In this document: positions 60,088 through 64,000 of the stretch, one piece after another
Numbering within the stretch: position 1 is the first letter of the stretch
Layout of the letters: each line of letters opens with the position of its first letter
Assembly (NCBI GenBank): GCA_965206645.1
Contig: CBDBKE010000002.1
Coordinates: forward strand, 640,001-704,000
Reading direction: 5' to 3'
Origin: Terriglobia bacterium
GTDB taxonomy: Bacteria > Acidobacteriota > Terriglobia > JAJPHL01 > JAPKYU01
DNA length: 64,000 bases
The notes under the pieces: generated by a model
Told to the model about the DNA's origin: nothing
The model's database searches: none
Seen by the model: the letters and a program-made list of their open reading frames with translations, nothing else
Made by a program: the position numbers and the translations under genes

Positions 60088-61413
60088 CTACTTCAGCTTG
60101 TTCACGGCTTCGCGTGCGGATTTCAGGGCCTCGGCCTCCACTTCGTAGATCGCCGGTTCCTCCTCGCGGCGGGCGTAGGCTTTGTCACCGGCCTGGCCCA
60201 CTTCGACCGTCTCTTCCAGTCTCTTGTCCGCCCAGACGGCGTGGACGCGCAGCACCGGTTGGTCCAGGCCATAGTTGGCGGGCCCGGCTGCCCCCAGGCC
60301 AGCTGCCCCCAGGAACGACGTAGCCTGCAGTGCCTTCAATTTACTGAGCAGGTCAGTAACGTCAGATGCTTCGGGCGCTTTGTTGGAGCCGCTACCCTTC
60401 CACTGCTCGTCCTCCTTTTCCAACACCAAGCGGCCTTCCGGGGTGGTGGCTTCCAGGTAGGACACGCTCCAAGTGTCCATATCGAAGACGTCCTTATTCC
60501 GCAGCTCCGAATAATCCTTTGCCAATTGGGTGGCCAGACGGGATTCCACTGTGAACAGGGTGGCGCGGCCTGGGCTGCGGGCGTAGCGTGTGCCCGATTT
60601 CTCTCCGCTCACGTGCAGTTCGTGCTCGCCGCTCGAGTCCTGCACGCGGAAAATGATCTCCGGTGAGGCCAGGCCGAACCGGCGCTGCTTGCCCGTTCCA
60701 TCCTCGGCCTCCACCGCCTGCATCTTGGCGTCGGCCACCTGGCGCAGGAGGTCATTGGCGGCGAACTGGTCGGCGCGGGCCTCTACCGGAGCCATCAATC
60801 GCCAATTTCCCCTCACCTTGGCCAGCTCAAGCTTGCCGGACTTGTTCCGGAGCCAGACGTGGCTGGCCGCGGTAGTGTCAAATTTCAGTACGTTCTTTTC
60901 GCGCAGGTCGAACAGGGTCTTGCTGAAGTCGTTCCTGACGTTGCTGGGCACCGTCACGACCCGCGGCTGGTCCTTGGTCTTGGCGTAGACGGAGCCGCCG
61001 GTCGGCGTGTTGTCGCCCAGCAGAAGCGTTTGCGTGCCGCCCGGCTTGGTGAGGAACTCCACCGTCACCTGGGGCGCTTCCAGGCCATAATCCTCCAGCG
61101 ACGCCGGCTGCTCCTCGATGGTGTCGCTGGCCTCAAGCCCACTGAGAGTCCCGAGCAGGCTGGAGACGACGGAATCGTCTGCCACCACCTCCCGGGGTTC
61201 GACAATCTTCCATGTCTCGCCGTCCCGCTGGAGCTCTAAAGCCTCCCCGCCGGCAGGCCGGAGCGTGATTTGTTGGATCTCTTCGGAGTTGACGGCAAAC
61301 AGCTTGTCTTCTTCGGAACCCTCGTCGCCGTCCTCGCCACGATCGAGGAAATAGAGACTCCCCGCCAAGCCGGCCAGCAAGACGGTCGCGATGATCAGGC
61401 CCCGCAGCTTCAC
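60088..61413 (-). CDS. DUF4340 domain protein
   Basis: N-terminal TM; three repeats with YGL..P motifs; downstream of GldG-like gene. Confidence 0.85.
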   Translation of the reverse strand: MKLRGLIIATVLLAGLAGSLYFLDRGEDGDEGSEEDKLFAVNSEEIQQITLRPAGGEALELQRDGETWKIVEPREVVADDSVVSSLLGTLSGLEASDTIEEQPASLEDYGLEAPQVTVEFLTKPGGTQTLLLGDNTPTGGSVYAKTKDQPRVVTVPSNVRNDFSKTLFDLREKNVLKFDTTAASHVWLRNKSGKLELAKVRGNWRLMAPVEARADQFAANDLLRQVADAKMQAVEAEDGTGKQRRFGLASPEIIFRVQDSSGEHELHVSGEKSGTRYARSPGRATLFTVESRLATQLAKDYSELRNKDVFDMDTWSVSYLEATTPEGRLVLEKEDEQWKGSGSNKAPEASDVTDLLSKLKALQATSFLGAAGLGAAGPANYGLDQPVLRVHAVWADKRLEETVEVGQAGDKAYARREEEPAIYEVEAEALKSAREAVNKLK

Positions 61414-62819
61414 AAGTACCTGCGCCTCCACCACACCGCCACGCCGCTGGCTACCATCAGCAGCGGCAGCCCCACCACGCTCAGGTAGAAGACCCAGCGC
61501 ATCTGGCCTGCAGACAGGTTGACCCGGCGATCTTCCGGCGACTTAGGCCGCACCGAGATCAGGTCTTCGTCGGAGGAAAGCCAGTTGGCGATATTCACGA
61601 ACAGATCGCGGTTGGCGTTGAACCCCAGGTAAGCGTTGGCCGGAAAGCGCGAGCTGCCGACGACCACAAAGCGCCCTTCTTTCTTCTCGCTGCTATCCTC
61701 GCCTTCGGCAGTTCCCCCATTGCCCCCGTCCTTGCTCAGCGTTCCGGCCACCGCCAGCGGAATCGGACCCTCGGTTGCCTGCTCGCGCTCCAAGGTGATC
61801 GTTTCCATTCCTGGATTGAACCGGGTGGCCCAGCTTTCCTCTGAAGTTTCAAACAGGGTCTCGACCGTGACCCCCGTCTGGGAGTCTTCGCCGGCCTGCA
61901 CGCTGCGGGCAAACGGTATCAGCGTCGCCGTGCGGCTCAGCTCACGGGTGATGGCGTGCGACCTGTACTCGCTGATGATGGGCATGGTGGCGTCGGCGCC
62001 GAAGAGCTGATTCAGCGGGTTCAGGTCAATCACCAGGTCTTTCTTCAGCTCCACGCTCCAGCCGGCCAGCAATTCCACCAGCTTCTCCGAACCGCCGGGA
62101 CCCAGCATGAACAGGGCGCGCCCCCCGTCCTCGACAAAGCTACGCAGCGCCTCGACCTCGGGTTCCACGTACTCGGTTTCCGGTCCGGCCACCACTACCA
62201 CCGAGCAGTCCTCGGGCACCTTTGCCTGGCGCAGCAGCGAGATGGACTTGACGGCATAGCGGGAGTTCTCCAGGGCCTCCTTGGCCCCGCTGAGGCCTTG
62301 CCGCTCCGTGTCGTCCACTCCGTGCTCGCCGTGCCCTTCGACGAAGCAGACATTCTTGGTGCCTGTTTTCAGCAGCCGGATCAGGGTGTTGGTGATGCTC
62401 TCCTCTTCCAGCAGGGTGGCTTCCTCGCGCTTGTCGCCCGAGGTGAGAACGATGGTCCCGTAGGTCGTGATCTCGTATTGCCTGGCGATCGCCGGCTTGC
62501 GGTCCGGGTCCACGTACTCGACCGAAAGTCGCGGCGAGAGGTGGTTGTAGTTCTCCAGCAGGTCCCGGGCTTGGTTGAACTGGTCGTTGCGGTCGAAGTA
62601 ATGAATCGTCACTTCGCGGTCCAGGCCGCCGACGATCTTGCGCGTCTGGTCCGAGAGGCTGAAGCGTTTGGTGGAGGTCAGGTCCCAACTCTTACTGGCG
62701 TGGCGGTTGACGGCCCAATTGGCCAGCGTCACCAGCGCCAACACCACCAGCACGTAAGCCGCCGTGTAGGCGCCGTACTTCGTTTGCCGTTTCCGGAGCC
62801 AGGAAAAGCTCGGTCTCAT
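61410..62819 (-). CDS. GldG family ABC transporter auxiliary component
   Basis: DLTSTKRFSLSDQT, FVEGHGE, VVAGP, NRDLFVNIANWL. Confidence 0.88.
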   Translation of the reverse strand: MRPSFSWLRKRQTKYGAYTAAYVLVVLALVTLANWAVNRHASKSWDLTSTKRFSLSDQTRKIVGGLDREVTIHYFDRNDQFNQARDLLENYNHLSPRLSVEYVDPDRKPAIARQYEITTYGTIVLTSGDKREEATLLEEESITNTLIRLLKTGTKNVCFVEGHGEHGVDDTERQGLSGAKEALENSRYAVKSISLLRQAKVPEDCSVVVVAGPETEYVEPEVEALRSFVEDGGRALFMLGPGGSEKLVELLAGWSVELKKDLVIDLNPLNQLFGADATMPIISEYRSHAITRELSRTATLIPFARSVQAGEDSQTGVTVETLFETSEESWATRFNPGMETITLEREQATEGPIPLAVAGTLSKDGGNGGTAEGEDSSEKKEGRFVVVGSSRFPANAYLGFNANRDLFVNIANWLSSDEDLISVRPKSPEDRRVNLSAGQMRWVFYLSVVGLPLLMVASGVAVWWRRRYL

Positions 62820-62823
62820 AGCC

Positions 62824-63591
62824 TCAGCCCCTCCACCGCAGGGATTCCAGAGAACGCTGGGTCAGGAAGACCCCCAGGAAGATCACGCTCAGGTAATAGA
62901 CCACGTCGCGCAGGTCAATCACGCCTTTGGCGAAATTCTCCAAGTGTGTGGTCATCGAGATGTAGCTGGCCACCTGGCCCACCGTGCTGCTGGAATAGGC
63001 GCTGACCCAGTCGAGGACCCAGAGCATCAGGAAGAGGCCGAACGTCAGCGAGCCGGCCACGATCTGGTTGCGGGTGAAGGTGGACAGCAGCATGCCGAGC
63101 GAGAGGAAAGCGGCCCCCATCAGCGCTACTCCCAGGAAACCGGCCGCTACCGGTTTCCAGTCGGCATCACCACGAATGAACACCACGGCCAGGTTCGCCA
63201 GGACCAGGCCCATGATGGCGGCGTAGAGGACGAAGGCGGCCAGCAACTTGCCCAGGATCAGTTCCAGGTCTCGCACCGGCGAGGTGAGCAGCAGCTCGAT
63301 GGTGCCGCTGCGCTTCTCTTCGGCGTAGAGTCGCATGGTGATCATAGGTATCAGGAACAAGCTGATGACACTCACGTTCATCAGCAGGGGCCGGATGACG
63401 AACTCATTGACGTTCATCGGGAGACCGCGCCCCATCATTTGCGATTGCATCCCGCGCTGCACGAAGAAGGCCAGGGCACTGTAAAAGAAGAAGCCAAAGA
63501 TCACCGCGCTGATAGCCAGCACGATGTAAGCGATCGGAGAGGTGAAGTAGGTCTTCAGCTCCTTGCGCGCAATCGTCATGATGTTTCTCAC
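62824..63591 (-). CDS. ABC-2 transporter permease (GldF-like)
   Basis: KELKTYFTSPIAY, MRLYAEEKRSGTIELLLT, TRNQIVA. Confidence 0.9.
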   Translation of the reverse strand: MRNIMTIARKELKTYFTSPIAYIVLAISAVIFGFFFYSALAFFVQRGMQSQMMGRGLPMNVNEFVIRPLLMNVSVISLFLIPMITMRLYAEEKRSGTIELLLTSPVRDLELILGKLLAAFVLYAAIMGLVLANLAVVFIRGDADWKPVAAGFLGVALMGAAFLSLGMLLSTFTRNQIVAGSLTFGLFLMLWVLDWVSAYSSSTVGQVASYISMTTHLENFAKGVIDLRDVVYYLSVIFLGVFLTQRSLESLRWRG

Positions 63592-64000
63592 TTCCCTGCC
63601 TCCTCGCCCGCTTCTTCTTTCTCTTCCGGTTCCGACGCCGGTGCCGGAAGACCAGTCTCCGCAGCTGCCTTGGTTTTTCCTTCACTTTGCTCAGGCGTCT
63701 CCGAACGGGTCAGCTCCAGGAAGACTTCCTCCAGGCTCAGCCCCAGCGGGCGGAGTTCCAGCAGGCTCCAGCCGCTCTGGACCACGGCGCGGGCCAGCTC
63801 GCCGCGAAGTTCCTGGCCCCTGGCGACCTCAATTTCGAAGGCCGGACGATGGTCCGACCGCCCGTGTGGCTTCAACTGGATGACTCCTGTAAGCTGCTCG
63901 AGCCGCTCACGAACGTCCGCGGCCGGCCCTTCCACCTGCAGGTACAGCCTCTCGTGGCCTTGCAGCCGGGCAGTTAGGTTTTCCGGAGTATCCACTGCCA
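63588..64000 (-). CDS. ABC transporter ATP-binding protein, C-terminal part (truncated by window edge)
   Basis: DTPENL...SLEEVFLELT tail typical of GldA-like ATPases. Confidence 0.8.
   Translation of the reverse strand, partial: AVDTPENLTARLQGHERLYLQVEGPAADVRERLEQLTGVIQLKPHGRSDHRPAFEIEVARGQELRGELARAVVQSGWSLLELRPLGLSLEEVFLELTRSETPEQSEGKTKAAAETGLPAPASEPEEKEEAGEEAGK

Overview
A 64 kb GC-rich bacterial chromosome segment; gene content suggests Acidobacteriota (inference, no search run). The left arm (1-19.4 kb) is housekeeping: haem A/O biogenesis for cytochrome oxidase, greA, an osmoprotectant ABC transporter, a YyaL-type protein, lpxB, an M1 peptidase, queD, a DinG helicase and der. The middle (about 19.5-39.8 kb) is a decaying accessory region around tRNA-Ser(GGA). 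It holds a co-oriented MIP channel / GH15 / GMC oxidoreductase / DoxX / VOC / glucose dehydrogenase / FMN reductase cluster broken by three IS elements (IS3, IS1380, IS21), a complete integron-type gene cassette with attC but no integrase in the window, and several pseudogenes. Next is an unlinked rRNA locus (tRNA-Ala, tRNA-Ile, 23S, 5S; no 16S) with a degraded ORF and a second promoter in the spacer. The right arm carries a SurA-like PPIase, gyrB-gyrA, OmpA/PKD and BNR proteins, a LytTR regulator, ccsA-hemA-hemC, apt, acyP and a Gld-like ABC system. Short tandem duplications recur at gene junctions. All calls come from reading motifs by eye.
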